Shown here: in pieces, positions 1 through 9,801 of the stretch
Position numbering within the stretch: position 1 is the stretch's first letter
Layout: the number at the start of each line of letters is the position of its first letter
Source: Balanoglossus misakiensis
Lineage: Eukaryota; Animalia; Hemichordata
Direction: 5' to 3'
NCBI GenBank assembly: GCA_040954595.2
Contig: JBECUI020000034.1
Location: 62,001 to 126,000, forward strand
Length of the DNA stretch: 64,000 nt
The notes under the pieces: model-generated
What the model was told of the DNA's origin: nothing
The model's database searches: none
Seen by the model: the letters and a program-made list of their open reading frames with translations, nothing else
Program-made: the position numbers and the translations under genes

Positions 1-24
1 CAGGTTCGAATCCTGCCACCCCAG
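1..24 (+). tRNA. 3' end of a tRNA, probably tRNA-Gln (truncated by window edge)
   Basis: T-arm CAGG-TTCGAAT-CCTG followed by acceptor 3' strand CCACCCCAG. The anticodon is not visible; identity is inferred from the CCCCAG end and the position before rplY. Confidence 0.7.
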
Positions 25-45
25 GAATTTTATTTGGAGGAAAAG

Positions 46-666
46 GTGCAGCGGGTATTACTAGAAGTAAATAAAAGAGAGACAAATGGAAAATCGGCGA
101 GCAAACAACTTCGTCGTGAAGGGTATATCCCTGCAGTTGTCTATGGTGTTGGAGACCCAACATCAATATCTGTGGAGTCACGGCGTATGAGCAGTGCTTT
201 TTCATACGTTTCTGAAAACATTCTTATCAATCTTGTTATAGATGGAAAGGATAAGCGTGAGGTTCTGATTAAGGATTATCAACGCAACCCCCTAACTGAT
301 GACATACTGCATATTGATTTTCTGGAAGTTCGTCAGGACCAGGTTTTGAAGACCCATGTACCCGTGCGACTTATTGGAACGTCCACCGGTGTTCGAGAGG
401 GTGGAATTCTGGAACAGCATCTGCATGAACTGGAAGTTGAATGTCTTCCGAAAAATCTGCCTGAACGCTTTGAGGTCGATATTTCTGATTTAGCTATTGG
501 TGATGGCGCACATGTTTCGGATATACCTATTCCTGATGGAGTAAAGATATTGGACGAGACAGAGAGTATTGTTGTTCTTGTTAGTGCTGCAAAGGCGGCT
601 GCTATCGTAGAGGAAGAAGAAACAGAGGCAGAAGAGGGTATTGCCGAAGAAACAAGCGAGGAGTAA
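46..666 (+). CDS. rplY: 50S ribosomal protein L25/Ctc (long form)
   Basis: Motifs LRREGYIPAVVYG, HIDF, VPVRLIG, GVREGG and an acidic tail. GTG start at 46 follows SD GGAGG (ORF track starts at 34). Confidence 0.95.
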   Translation: MQRVLLEVNKRETNGKSASKQLRREGYIPAVVYGVGDPTSISVESRRMSSAFSYVSENILINLVIDGKDKREVLIKDYQRNPLTDDILHIDFLEVRQDQVLKTHVPVRLIGTSTGVREGGILEQHLHELEVECLPKNLPERFEVDISDLAIGDGAHVSDIPIPDGVKILDETESIVVLVSAAKAAAIVEEEETEAEEGIAEETSEE

Positions 667-670
667 TCCT

Positions 671-1258
671 TTGCCTACTTGTGTGTTAATTGTCGGGTTG
701 GGGAACCCTGGCAATCAATACGTGAAGACACGCCATAATGTTGGATTTCGTGTAGTTGATGCATTGGCAAACAGGCAAGAAGTTTCTTTGTGCAAACCGG
801 TATTCTCAGAATATTTATTTGCATCTTTTAATTACGAAGGATGTCGTTTCTATCTCTGCAAACCCCTTACCTATATGAACAGGTCCGGACTTGTCTTGCC
901 CCGTTTAATGCGTAAAACAGGTGTTAGCCCTGCCGACATAGTAGTTATTGCCGATACAGTCGATTTACCTGTTGGTTCCTTGCGGATAAAAAAGGGTGGC
1001 AGAAGCACAAGCCATAATGGGTTACGCTCAATTAATTCGATACTGCCTGCTGCCGAGTATCTGCGCCTCTATGTAGGGGTTGGGCATAACAAAACAATGG
1101 AACGGGCGAGATATGTTCTTGCCCCTTGGTCGAATAGTGAAGACAGCTTGTACGACAACACATTTGAACGGGCGGCGGTTCATCTGGAGTACCTTGCAAG
1201 TAAACCATTGCAATCGATTATGAATTTGCTTAATGAAAAAACAAAGTTCTCCAGTTGA
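671..1258 (+). CDS. pth: Peptidyl-tRNA hydrolase
   Basis: LIVGLGNPG..Y..TRHNVGF, KPLTYMNRSG, HNGLRSI. Start uncertain (TTG at 671 or 641). Confidence 0.95.
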   Translation: MPTCVLIVGLGNPGNQYVKTRHNVGFRVVDALANRQEVSLCKPVFSEYLFASFNYEGCRFYLCKPLTYMNRSGLVLPRLMRKTGVSPADIVVIADTVDLPVGSLRIKKGGRSTSHNGLRSINSILPAAEYLRLYVGVGHNKTMERARYVLAPWSNSEDSLYDNTFERAAVHLEYLASKPLQSIMNLLNEKTKFSS

Positions 1259-2714
1259 ATTATTGATACGGGAAGTTGATTGCCTATTAGATACCATACA
1301 GTCGCATAGTACCATTCTTGTTGCCTATTCTGGTGGAGTGGACAGCACTGTCTTGTTTTCTTTACTCAAGCAACGTGCTCCCTTGTACGATCTTCATCCG
1401 GAAATAGTCTATGTCGACCATGCCATTCGTCCGAAGAAAGAGCGACAAGATGAGCTATTGCATATTCAGGAGCAATCAAGACCCTATCCCTTACATGTAT
1501 ACCCGATCAGTACACCCATGCAGCCGGAACCGGGTACAAGTGTAGAAGCACGAGCACGAGAAGAACGATACCGCTGTTTTCGAAAAGCAGCCGAAGAAAC
1601 AGGAGCACGGGCTATCTTTCTTGCACATCATCAAGATGATCAGATAGAAACCGTTTTTCTCCAGTTCTTACGCAGCGGTTCCTTACGTGCTATTCGAGCA
1701 ATGCAAGCTGTTCGTATTCTCTTCGATGATATACGACTCTATCGCCCCTTACTGAAAATTTCCAGTGCAATTATCCTTCGTTATGCAGAGCAGGCAAAAC
1801 TGGTATGGAAAGAAGACAGTACCAACAAGAATATGAAGTATTCTCGTAACTATTTGCGGCACCAGCTCATTCCGGCGATAGCAGAATCGTTTCCCGGCTA
1901 TCGAAAGTCCTTGCTGCGTACTGCCCAAGAGGCAAGCGAGTTAATTGAGATCATGGACAGCCGTCTTATCAGCGGAAGTGAATCGGAGGAAGGAATTCGG
2001 ATAGACCTTCGTGGCTTCTGTGTTCTCGGGAAAACTGCTCGCTTGCAGGTTATACGGAATGCCTGCAAGGCTCTATACTCCAGGCATGCGCCTTGCATCT
2101 ATTCGGTAGGCATTAACAGAGAGTTAGCAGGAGGCATTGGCAAGATTGAGTTTGACAGACTGGAGGCCTCTTTTTTGCGACCATTGCTTACCCTTGCATA
2201 TAAAGATCTTCCTCCCCTCTCCAATTCCTCTTCCCGGCGACTGCTTTTGCAAGGGCGAAGAATTCAGTTTATACTGCATCCCAACCATATACTGTGTACA
2301 TATCGTATTGAAAATTTTTTTTCTGGATATTTTTTTTATGTACGTGATAATAGCGTTCAATTCTCTATACAACATTCAGGATGTATGGTACACTTTATGG
2401 ACAAAGTTATGCATACAGTGCCCTATACTGGGATACAAGGTGAAGGAATAATTCTTCGTTCAATAGAAAAGGGAGACAGTCTGATGACAAACAATGGATT
2501 TCAGCTGGTTTCAGATATGCTGAAGAACGTTATGAAGCAATATCGTGCCCTTGTTCCAGTGGTGGAGGATGCGAATGGTATTGCCGCGGTCTTGGCAACT
2601 TTTGTCGGAGGCGGAGAATATTTCCGTACCGATTCCGATAGCGTAGAAAATGTTATGCAAATTCAGATACAGTGCATAGAAAATAAACAAAAATTTTTAA
2701 GGAGTGAACAGTGA
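1233..2714 (+). CDS. tilS: tRNA(Ile)-lysidine synthetase
   Basis: PP-loop AYSGGVDS, VDHAIR, EARAREERY, AHHQDDQIET, EDSTN, RNYLRH; pth-tilS-ftsH synteny. Confidence 0.93.
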   Translation: MKKQSSPVELLIREVDCLLDTIQSHSTILVAYSGGVDSTVLFSLLKQRAPLYDLHPEIVYVDHAIRPKKERQDELLHIQEQSRPYPLHVYPISTPMQPEPGTSVEARAREERYRCFRKAAEETGARAIFLAHHQDDQIETVFLQFLRSGSLRAIRAMQAVRILFDDIRLYRPLLKISSAIILRYAEQAKLVWKEDSTNKNMKYSRNYLRHQLIPAIAESFPGYRKSLLRTAQEASELIEIMDSRLISGSESEEGIRIDLRGFCVLGKTARLQVIRNACKALYSRHAPCIYSVGINRELAGGIGKIEFDRLEASFLRPLLTLAYKDLPPLSNSSSRRLLLQGRRIQFILHPNHILCTYRIENFFSGYFFYVRDNSVQFSIQHSGCMVHFMDKVMHTVPYTGIQGEGIILRSIEKGDSLMTNNGFQLVSDMLKNVMKQYRALVPVVEDANGIAAVLATFVGGGEYFRTDSDSVENVMQIQIQCIENKQKFLRSEQ

Positions 2715-4603
2715 ATCAGGAAGAAAAAGAGCCGGATCAAAAGAAAAAACAAAATGGAGGGTTGAATTTCCAGAACAATCGATTTGCGCTGACAATACTT
2801 ATTGTCATTTTGGCAATGATTGGCTTTATGTTTTTTACAACGAGTCAGCAAGCGGTCAACGAGATACCATATTCCCAATTCTTAGGATATCTGCAGGCAG
2901 GACAGGTACAGTCCGTACGAATTATAGACCAAGTAGAAATCATTGGTCTCTTAAAGAGCAACAGTTCCTTTCAGACAAAGATTCCATATTTTGACAATCA
3001 ACTTGTAGACATTCTTCGGGAAACTCAGGTGCAGTTTTCAGGAGAAGTAAAACCGATGTCAATATGGCAAATTTTGTTGGGCATTTTCCCGTGGATATTT
3101 ATTATCTTTATTGCTTGGTTTATGTTTCGCCAGATACAGGGGAACGGTTCGCGTGCATTTTCATTTGGAAAAAGTACTGCACGGCGGTATCATAATGATG
3201 ATAAACGTATTACCTTTGCCGATGTAGCTGGGCAATACGAAGCAAAAGAAGAACTACGCGAAGTGGTGGAATTTCTTAAATCACCTGATAAGTTTCTGAG
3301 TATGGGAGCCCGCATACCGAAGGGAGTTCTACTCGTTGGGCAGCCAGGTACCGGAAAAACCCTCCTTGCCCGTGCTTGTGCCGGCGAAGCAGCAGTTTCA
3401 TTCTTTCATATGTCCGGTTCGGACTTTGTCGAAATGTTTGTTGGCGTCGGTGCCAGTCGTGTTCGGGATCTTTTTTCCAACGGAAAGAAGAATGCTCCCT
3501 GTATTTTGTTTATTGATGAGCTTGATGCAGTTGGACGAGTTCGCGGTGCAGGTTATGGCGGTGGTCATGATGAGCGCGAACAGACCCTCAACCAGCTCCT
3601 TGTTGAGATGGACGGATTTGGCACAAATGAAAGCGTCATTGTAATGGCAGCAACGAACAGACCGGATGTGCTCGATTCGGCACTTCTGCGACCAGGGCGC
3701 TTTGATCGGCAAGTATATATTGATATGCCCGACCAGCAGGAACGCGAAGAAATTCTTGAAATCCATAGTAAAAAACTTTCCCTTTCGAAGGACGTGGATC
3801 TCAGCAAGATTGCCCGTTCATTGCCGGGAACTTCAGGTGCGGACCTTGCCAATCTTGCGAATGAGGCGGCACTCCATGCAAGCAGACGGAGTAAGCGAAA
3901 AGTTTCCCAAGCAGATTTTGATGAAGCACGCGATAAGATTCTCATGGGACTTGCCCGTAAGTCACGTATTATATCCGATGAAGACCGGCTACGAACCGCT
4001 CGACATGAATCGGGACATGCACTTCTGCATTATTATCTTAAATGGTCCGATCCTCTTTACAAGGTTAGCATTATCCCGCGTGGTAAAACCCTTGGAGTTG
4101 CCTTCTCACTTCCTGAACGGGATGTTTACAGTCGTGGTAAAGGGTATCTTCTGGATCGCATCAAGATCTGTTACGGTGGATATGTTGCAGAGGATATGTT
4201 TTATAATGAGACCAGTACGGGGGTGCAACAAGATCTAAAAATGGCAACAGACATTGCACGCCGGATGGTTTTGGAATGGGGCATGAGCAGTATCGGTCCT
4301 ATAGCATTTGGGCAAGAAGACGAGCCTATCTTTCTTGGGAAAGAAATTGCGACGCATAAAGACTATTCAGATGACACAGCACATCGGATCGATAAGGCGA
4401 TTTCAGGAATCCTAGACGATTGTATGGCAGCAGCAAATCGCTTACTTCAAGAGCATAAGAAGGATGTTGAAACACTTGCCCAATCGCTTATGGAACGGGA
4501 AACACTAACAGATGAAGATATCAGGGAACTCTTGAACTTGAAACCTGATGTCAAACAAACGAAATTGCCAAAACCGAAAAAAAAGGACAAATCTTCTGAA
4601 TGA
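2711..4603 (+). CDS. ftsH: ATP-dependent zinc metalloprotease FtsH
   Basis: Two TM helices, Walker A GQPGTGKT, Walker [30 protein letters not shown], zinc motif HESGH. Confidence 0.98.
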   Translation: MNQEEKEPDQKKKQNGGLNFQNNRFALTILIVILAMIGFMFFTTSQQAVNEIPYSQFLGYLQAGQVQSVRIIDQVEIIGLLKSNSSFQTKIPYFDNQLVDILRETQVQFSGEVKPMSIWQILLGIFPWIFIIFIAWFMFRQIQGNGSRAFSFGKSTARRYHNDDKRITFADVAGQYEAKEELREVVEFLKSPDKFLSMGARIPKGVLLVGQPGTGKTLLARACAGEAAVSFFHMSGSDFVEMFVGVGASRVRDLFSNGKKNAPCILFIDELDAVGRVRGAGYGGGHDEREQTLNQLLVEMDGFGTNESVIVMAATNRPDVLDSALLRPGRFDRQVYIDMPDQQEREEILEIHSKKLSLSKDVDLSKIARSLPGTSGADLANLANEAALHASRRSKRKVSQADFDEARDKILMGLARKSRIISDEDRLRTARHESGHALLHYYLKWSDPLYKVSIIPRGKTLGVAFSLPERDVYSRGKGYLLDRIKICYGGYVAEDMFYNETSTGVQQDLKMATDIARRMVLEWGMSSIGPIAFGQEDEPIFLGKEIATHKDYSDDTAHRIDKAISGILDDCMAAANRLLQEHKKDVETLAQSLMERETLTDEDIRELLNLKPDVKQTKLPKPKKKDKSSE

Positions 4604-6252
4604 AGTCTTTTTTTCTTTGCAGCCTTGTTATCGGGGTGAATCTATATGCAGTTGATTATGCAGTTGATTATGCGATTGATGCGGAAATTGCACGCGAGTT
4701 GACTTCGCAAGCCTGGACTATTTATAACGAGGGAGATCTAAGGGCTGCAGGACAATTAGCTCGTGAGGCTCTGGCCTTCGACCCTGAGAATGCTGCTACT
4801 CTTTATTTAAGCCTTGCAGACTTACACACTGATAGCAAGCAAACAGTTCACTTATTGGCAACGCTGGAAAAGGCACTGAATGCTGATTCCTGGCAGGCTC
4901 CTTTACTGCGGAATATGGCCTTGGCGGATTATGCAAGATTACTCACACAAGTTGGCGACTATCATCGACTTATAGATTACCTGGAACAAGGCGAGACCGG
5001 AGTCATGGATAATGATCTTCGTTACTTTTTAGCCCATGCTTATTATCAGGTTGGCGAGAAAAATGCAGCCCATGCGACCATCGATCAGAGCACTGACCCC
5101 TTCGATCGTCGCTTCTTTGTGCTCCGAGTCATGCATTCACCCCAGCTTTTCCCCAGCTATGATGTATACCGTTGGTTGGAAGCCAATAAAGTAGGCACAA
5201 AACCTGTTTTAGACCTTTTACGTTACTATACTGATCTTCTCTTGAATCAAGGGGAAGAGGAGGAGGTAGCACGACTCATTCAGCGTTATTACGAGTTGGG
5301 GGGAGAGGATCCCTTCGTTGCTCTAACTGCATTGAAGAACGGTATGGACAAGACAGTTTATAGCGAACAATTTTTCCTTCAAGGGGGAGCAGAGGATAAA
5401 TATCTTATTGATCGGGTAATGGAAGAAGAGAAACTCACAGCATTTCATCAGGAAATCATTGACTATTTAAGCGACTTTACCGGAATTCTGGGTTATGATA
5501 GTAACCGAGACGGCATTGATGAGGCAAAATACAGGGTAGAAAGAGGACGGGTGCTTGCTTGGCATATTGACAGGAATCAGAATGGGCAGGACGAGTATGT
5601 CATTGAATATAAGTCCTCCTTGCTTACATTTCGTTCGGAAAAAGCTGCCATGTTTTTTGAGTATCGACTGTATCCGGACTTGGGAAGAATTACCACCTAT
5701 ACCGACGATTACTTTGAGGTCTGGTATCCCGGTTATAACCAGTTGCATCTTTCTATTCTCCACCAACCGACCTCAGTCGATCTTCTTACAGGGATATCCG
5801 CTTGGGAACGCTTCGATCTTCTTTCTTCGATAACATTTCCCACAGTGCAGGATCTTGTAACCGGACTCTTTCTCCGACATCACGGTAATTACATTACATA
5901 CTATCGTGATGGCGAAGCCTGGCTGGAGGTCTATGATACGAACGAAGATCAAACTATTGATGAAGTCTATTTCTTGTCTGCCGGAGTTCGTACACTGTCC
6001 ATGCACGATCAGGACTATAACAGCAGCTTTGAGACCTTTCTTCGGTATAGTGATGGTATTCCCGAATACACCCTTGTTAATACCGATAATGATGACAGTA
6101 TTGAATATATAGCAGGGTGGGATGCTGGCGAAATTATTTTTCTTGTCGATCCCTATCCAATAGAAGAAGAGCGCTTACAGTTACAGAGTTTATATCATTT
6201 TGCCGAGCAAGCACAGTTACGATTGATGGACATCATGAATGATCAAGAATAG
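4600..6252 (+). CDS. Secreted hypothetical protein with N-terminal TPR-like helices and C-terminal DxNxDG-type repeats
   Basis: Signal peptide, TPR-like segments (ALAFDPENA, YFLAHAYYQVG), repeated YDSNRDGIDE / IDRNQNGQDE / YDTNEDQTIDE; ATGA overlap with ftsH. Confidence 0.7.
   Translation: MKSFFLCSLVIGVNLYAVDYAVDYAIDAEIARELTSQAWTIYNEGDLRAAGQLAREALAFDPENAATLYLSLADLHTDSKQTVHLLATLEKALNADSWQAPLLRNMALADYARLLTQVGDYHRLIDYLEQGETGVMDNDLRYFLAHAYYQVGEKNAAHATIDQSTDPFDRRFFVLRVMHSPQLFPSYDVYRWLEANKVGTKPVLDLLRYYTDLLLNQGEEEEVARLIQRYYELGGEDPFVALTALKNGMDKTVYSEQFFLQGGAEDKYLIDRVMEEEKLTAFHQEIIDYLSDFTGILGYDSNRDGIDEAKYRVERGRVLAWHIDRNQNGQDEYVIEYKSSLLTFRSEKAAMFFEYRLYPDLGRITTYTDDYFEVWYPGYNQLHLSILHQPTSVDLLTGISAWERFDLLSSITFPTVQDLVTGLFLRHHGNYITYYRDGEAWLEVYDTNEDQTIDEVYFLSAGVRTLSMHDQDYNSSFETFLRYSDGIPEYTLVNTDNDDSIEYIAGWDAGEIIFLVDPYPIEEERLQLQSLYHFAEQAQLRLMDIMNDQE
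4645..4680 (+). repeat. 12-bp tandem repeat x3 (YAVD-YAVD-YAID) just after the signal peptide
   Basis: TATGCAGTTGAT TATGCAGTTGAT TATGCGATTGAT read directly. Confidence 0.8.
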
Positions 6253-7999
6253 TGTAGGACTTCTTGTTCCTTTCTTTATTTTTATGGGTTGTGTAACGAC
6301 ATCCGTAGCTGTGGATGATGTTCTTTTGCATTCTCGTGAGAGCTACATTCGTATGATGAGCGAAGAACTCATTGCGGGTGAGTATGCGCGTGTCTTTGCT
6401 TTGGCACATAATAGAGAGGACATTTTATCCGAGTCCGTGCAGAAACTTTTTTCAGACAGGGTACGAGATGCAATGAAAGAGGATTTCTTGCATGCAATAT
6501 CTGAACGGGATATACTGAAATTTCAACGTTTATATGCAAGCCTGCATGCTATTCAGGAAGATGTGGATATGAGTGCAGAAGAGTTTATTCGCTTCAGGCA
6601 GCAATACTACAGCGAAGAGGAAAACATCGTATTACTGCTTCATTTTTTGATACGCGACAAGAACATAGATCAGTTGACGGATAAGGAATTGCTCCGATAT
6701 TCCGAATATGCACAGCAATACGGATACCAAGATGTATTGAAAACATTAACGTCAGCCTTAGATGAACGTAACCTATCCTATCCGGCTATCTATCGGGAAG
6801 CACATGTGCCGAGCCCCTCGGAAATGATACAGGGAACAGTAACGGTCTGGGTAGATAAGGGCACTGCATTTGACCGTGGCATGGGATACAAGGATGGAAC
6901 ACTGGGAACCGGATTTTTTATCGACTACGAGGGACATATTTTGACGAACTACCATGTTATTGCCAGCGAAGTTGATACGAGCTATGAGGGATATTCCCGC
7001 TTATATATTACCACCGCAGAAAATCCGGAGCAGTTTGTTCCTGCACAAGTCATATCCTATGACCGGATATTGGATTTAGCATTATTAAAGACCGAAATTA
7101 CACCCCCCTATGTTTTCCCCCTTCATACTATTGGTGAAATAGAAATCGGTATGCAGGTAATTGCCTTAGGTTCTCCCATCGGTCTATACAATACTGCAAC
7201 ATCAGGCATTGTATCTGCTATAGACCGACCACTCTTACCGTTAGGAACTGTTTTCCAATTTGATGCATCAACCTATCCGGGTAATTCGGGTGGTCCACTT
7301 ATTTCCGACAAGGGGCAGCTTCTTGGTGTTGTTTTTGCCGGCATTAAAGACGGTGACGGGTTAAATTTTGCAATTCCAACCGAGTGGGTACAATCCTTGC
7401 TGGAACGCCTCTATTTTGGAGAAGCAGTGCAGCATTCATGGTTGGGAGTAGCATTAATTAAAGAAGATGAGCAGTTGCGGGTTACCTATGTTGTACCTGA
7501 TACACCTGCTGCTGAGGCGGGAATCCAGCAAAACGATATTTTATTGGATATCAACGGACACTATCTGGCTGAATTAGCTGTTGCACAAGCTATGCTCTCC
7601 AATTATTTGTCAGGTACCATTGTTCGAACCAGGTGGCAAAGAAATGAAGAAGTGAGAGAACTCTATCTTGAGACAAGGGTGCGGCCTGACAGTCCTATAG
7701 AGCATGCATTGGAGTTTCACCCCTATGATTACCTGCTCCCATCTCTTATGGGGGTACAGGTCGAACGGATCGACTATCAGTACAAGAACTCCCGCCTTAT
7801 TGTTGTTGAAGTGTATCCGGGCAGTTATGCGGAGTTTATGGGATTCCTCCCGGGCGATGAAATAACGGTGCAAGCTGGCATAATTATTCCTGAGGATCGC
7901 AGAGTTGTTTTTTCAATCAATTCCCGCCAGAGACAGGACACTTTTCTGACACGAAATCGGCAATTAGCCTTTTCTCTTGATATAGGATTATTTCTTTAG
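6239..7999 (+). CDS. HtrA/DegP-like S1C serine protease with PDZ domains, probable lipoprotein
   Basis: Lipobox-like FMGC; triad motifs LTNYHVI, DLALLK, PGNSGGPL; PDZ motifs WLGV and PAAEAGIQQNDIL. Confidence 0.88.
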   Translation: MIKNSVGLLVPFFIFMGCVTTSVAVDDVLLHSRESYIRMMSEELIAGEYARVFALAHNREDILSESVQKLFSDRVRDAMKEDFLHAISERDILKFQRLYASLHAIQEDVDMSAEEFIRFRQQYYSEEENIVLLLHFLIRDKNIDQLTDKELLRYSEYAQQYGYQDVLKTLTSALDERNLSYPAIYREAHVPSPSEMIQGTVTVWVDKGTAFDRGMGYKDGTLGTGFFIDYEGHILTNYHVIASEVDTSYEGYSRLYITTAENPEQFVPAQVISYDRILDLALLKTEITPPYVFPLHTIGEIEIGMQVIALGSPIGLYNTATSGIVSAIDRPLLPLGTVFQFDASTYPGNSGGPLISDKGQLLGVVFAGIKDGDGLNFAIPTEWVQSLLERLYFGEAVQHSWLGVALIKEDEQLRVTYVVPDTPAAEAGIQQNDILLDINGHYLAELAVAQAMLSNYLSGTIVRTRWQRNEEVRELYLETRVRPDSPIEHALEFHPYDYLLPSLMGVQVERIDYQYKNSRLIVVEVYPGSYAEFMGFLPGDEITVQAGIIIPEDRRVVFSINSRQRQDTFLTRNRQLAFSLDIGLFL

Positions 8000-8001
8000 T
8001 A

Positions 8002-9801
8002 ATGAGTTTGAAAAAGATTCGCAATTTTTGCATTATTGCACATATAGACCATGGAAAATCGACCCTTGCAGACAGGTGCATCGAAATAGCACATATTCTC
8101 ACACAACGGGAATTACACAATCAGATGCTTGATAGCATGGACATTGAACAGGAGCGGGGCATAACTATCAAGTCTCAAACTGTTTCTTTACCGTATGAAT
8201 ATGGGGGAACGTTGTTTGAATTGAATCTCATTGACACCCCCGGGCATGTTGATTTTTCCTATGAAGTCAGTAGGGCGGTTTCTGCATGCGAAGGTGCCAT
8301 TTTGCTTGTTGATGCAACGCAAGGGGTACAAGCACAGACAGTATCAAATATGTATCTTGCCTTAGAGCATAATCTGGAAATAATACCAGTTATCAATAAG
8401 GTCGATCTCCCAGCTGCAGATGTTAAACGGGTTACGCAGGAACTCAATGATGTGCTTGGCTTTATGGATTCTGACATTCTGCAAATATCCGCGAAAACTG
8501 GGCAAGGATTGGATGAGCTATTAGCAGCAGTTATTGAACGAGTTCCCTCACCGGGAACAGACACTGAAGTACCCACACAAGCTCTTCTCGTAGACAGTCA
8601 TTATGACACGTACCGTGGGGTCATTCTTCATGTCCGGGTGTATAATGGGCGCATTAAACCGAAGGATGAAATACAGTTTTATGCTACCGGTGGTAGCTAT
8701 GTAGTAGAAGAGACCGGTAAGCTACGCATTAACCTCTGTCCAACAGATGAGCTATCAGCAGGAGAATTTGGTTATATCATTGCAGGTATAAAAAGAATCA
8801 GCGATGTACAAGTTGGCGACACCCTTACCCAGGCGGACAATCGCTGCAAAGAGCCCCTTCCGGGTTTTCATCCCGTCAAGCCGATGGTTTTTTCATCGAT
8901 TTTCCCCAGCGACGTGGACGACCACCCCGACTTAGTTGCGGCAATGGATAAGCTACAGCTGAACGATGGTGCATTAGTCTTTCACAAAGATGTTTCATTA
9001 TCTTTAGGAAATGGTTTTCGCTGCGGCTTCTTAGGGCTTCTGCATATGGAAGTAGTTCAGGAACGTCTGGAGCGCGAGTTTTCGCTCAGTATCGTCCTAA
9101 CTGCCCCTTCTGTTCGTTACATGATAGAATTGAAGAGCGGCGAGACAATAGAGGTCGAAAATCCACAATCTTTTCCCGATCCGTCTCGTATAGCGAATAG
9201 TAACGAACCCTGTATTCGTGCGTATCTCATTACTCCGACTGAGTATCTAGGCAATATTATGCGTCTATGTGCTGAACGGCGGGGTATTTCAGTTGATACG
9301 AAGTATATTGACAGCACTCGCGTAGAGTTGTACTACGATATGCCGCTAGCCGAAATTCTCTATGATTTTTACGACCAGTTAAAATCTCTCAGCCGCGGCT
9401 ATGCCTCCTTTGATTATGAAGTGCATGATTATATGCCCGTTGATGTAGTTCGACTTGATATCCTACTCAATAGCAACCGGGTCGATGCCCTATCTCAGCT
9501 CGTTTGGCGGGGCAATGCGGAGCAACGCGCCCGGCAAATATGCCTTGCACTCAAGAATGAAATTCCGCGTCATCAGTTTTCTATTCCCATTCAGGGATGT
9601 ATCGGAAGTAAAATTATTGCTCGCGAAACGATCCCTCCCTTTCGCAAAGATGTAACCGATAAGTGTTATGGAGGCGATATTACACGGAAGAAGAAACTGC
9701 TTGCAAAGCAAAAATCGGGAAAGAGGCGCATGAAAATGGTAGGAAACGTCGAGCTCCCGCAGAGTGCATTCTTAACGGTACTAAAAACACGGGACGATTA
9801 G
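8002..9801 (+). CDS. lepA: Elongation factor 4 (LepA)
   Basis: IRNFCIIAHIDHGKSTLADR, DTPGHVDF, NKVD, CGFLGLLHME, KCYGGDITRKKKLL. Confidence 0.98.
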   Translation: MSLKKIRNFCIIAHIDHGKSTLADRCIEIAHILTQRELHNQMLDSMDIEQERGITIKSQTVSLPYEYGGTLFELNLIDTPGHVDFSYEVSRAVSACEGAILLVDATQGVQAQTVSNMYLALEHNLEIIPVINKVDLPAADVKRVTQELNDVLGFMDSDILQISAKTGQGLDELLAAVIERVPSPGTDTEVPTQALLVDSHYDTYRGVILHVRVYNGRIKPKDEIQFYATGGSYVVEETGKLRINLCPTDELSAGEFGYIIAGIKRISDVQVGDTLTQADNRCKEPLPGFHPVKPMVFSSIFPSDVDDHPDLVAAMDKLQLNDGALVFHKDVSLSLGNGFRCGFLGLLHMEVVQERLEREFSLSIVLTAPSVRYMIELKSGETIEVENPQSFPDPSRIANSNEPCIRAYLITPTEYLGNIMRLCAERRGISVDTKYIDSTRVELYYDMPLAEILYDFYDQLKSLSRGYASFDYEVHDYMPVDVVRLDILLNSNRVDALSQLVWRGNAEQRARQICLALKNEIPRHQFSIPIQGCIGSKIIARETIPPFRKDVTDKCYGGDITRKKKLLAKQKSGKRRMKMVGNVELPQSAFLTVLKTRDD

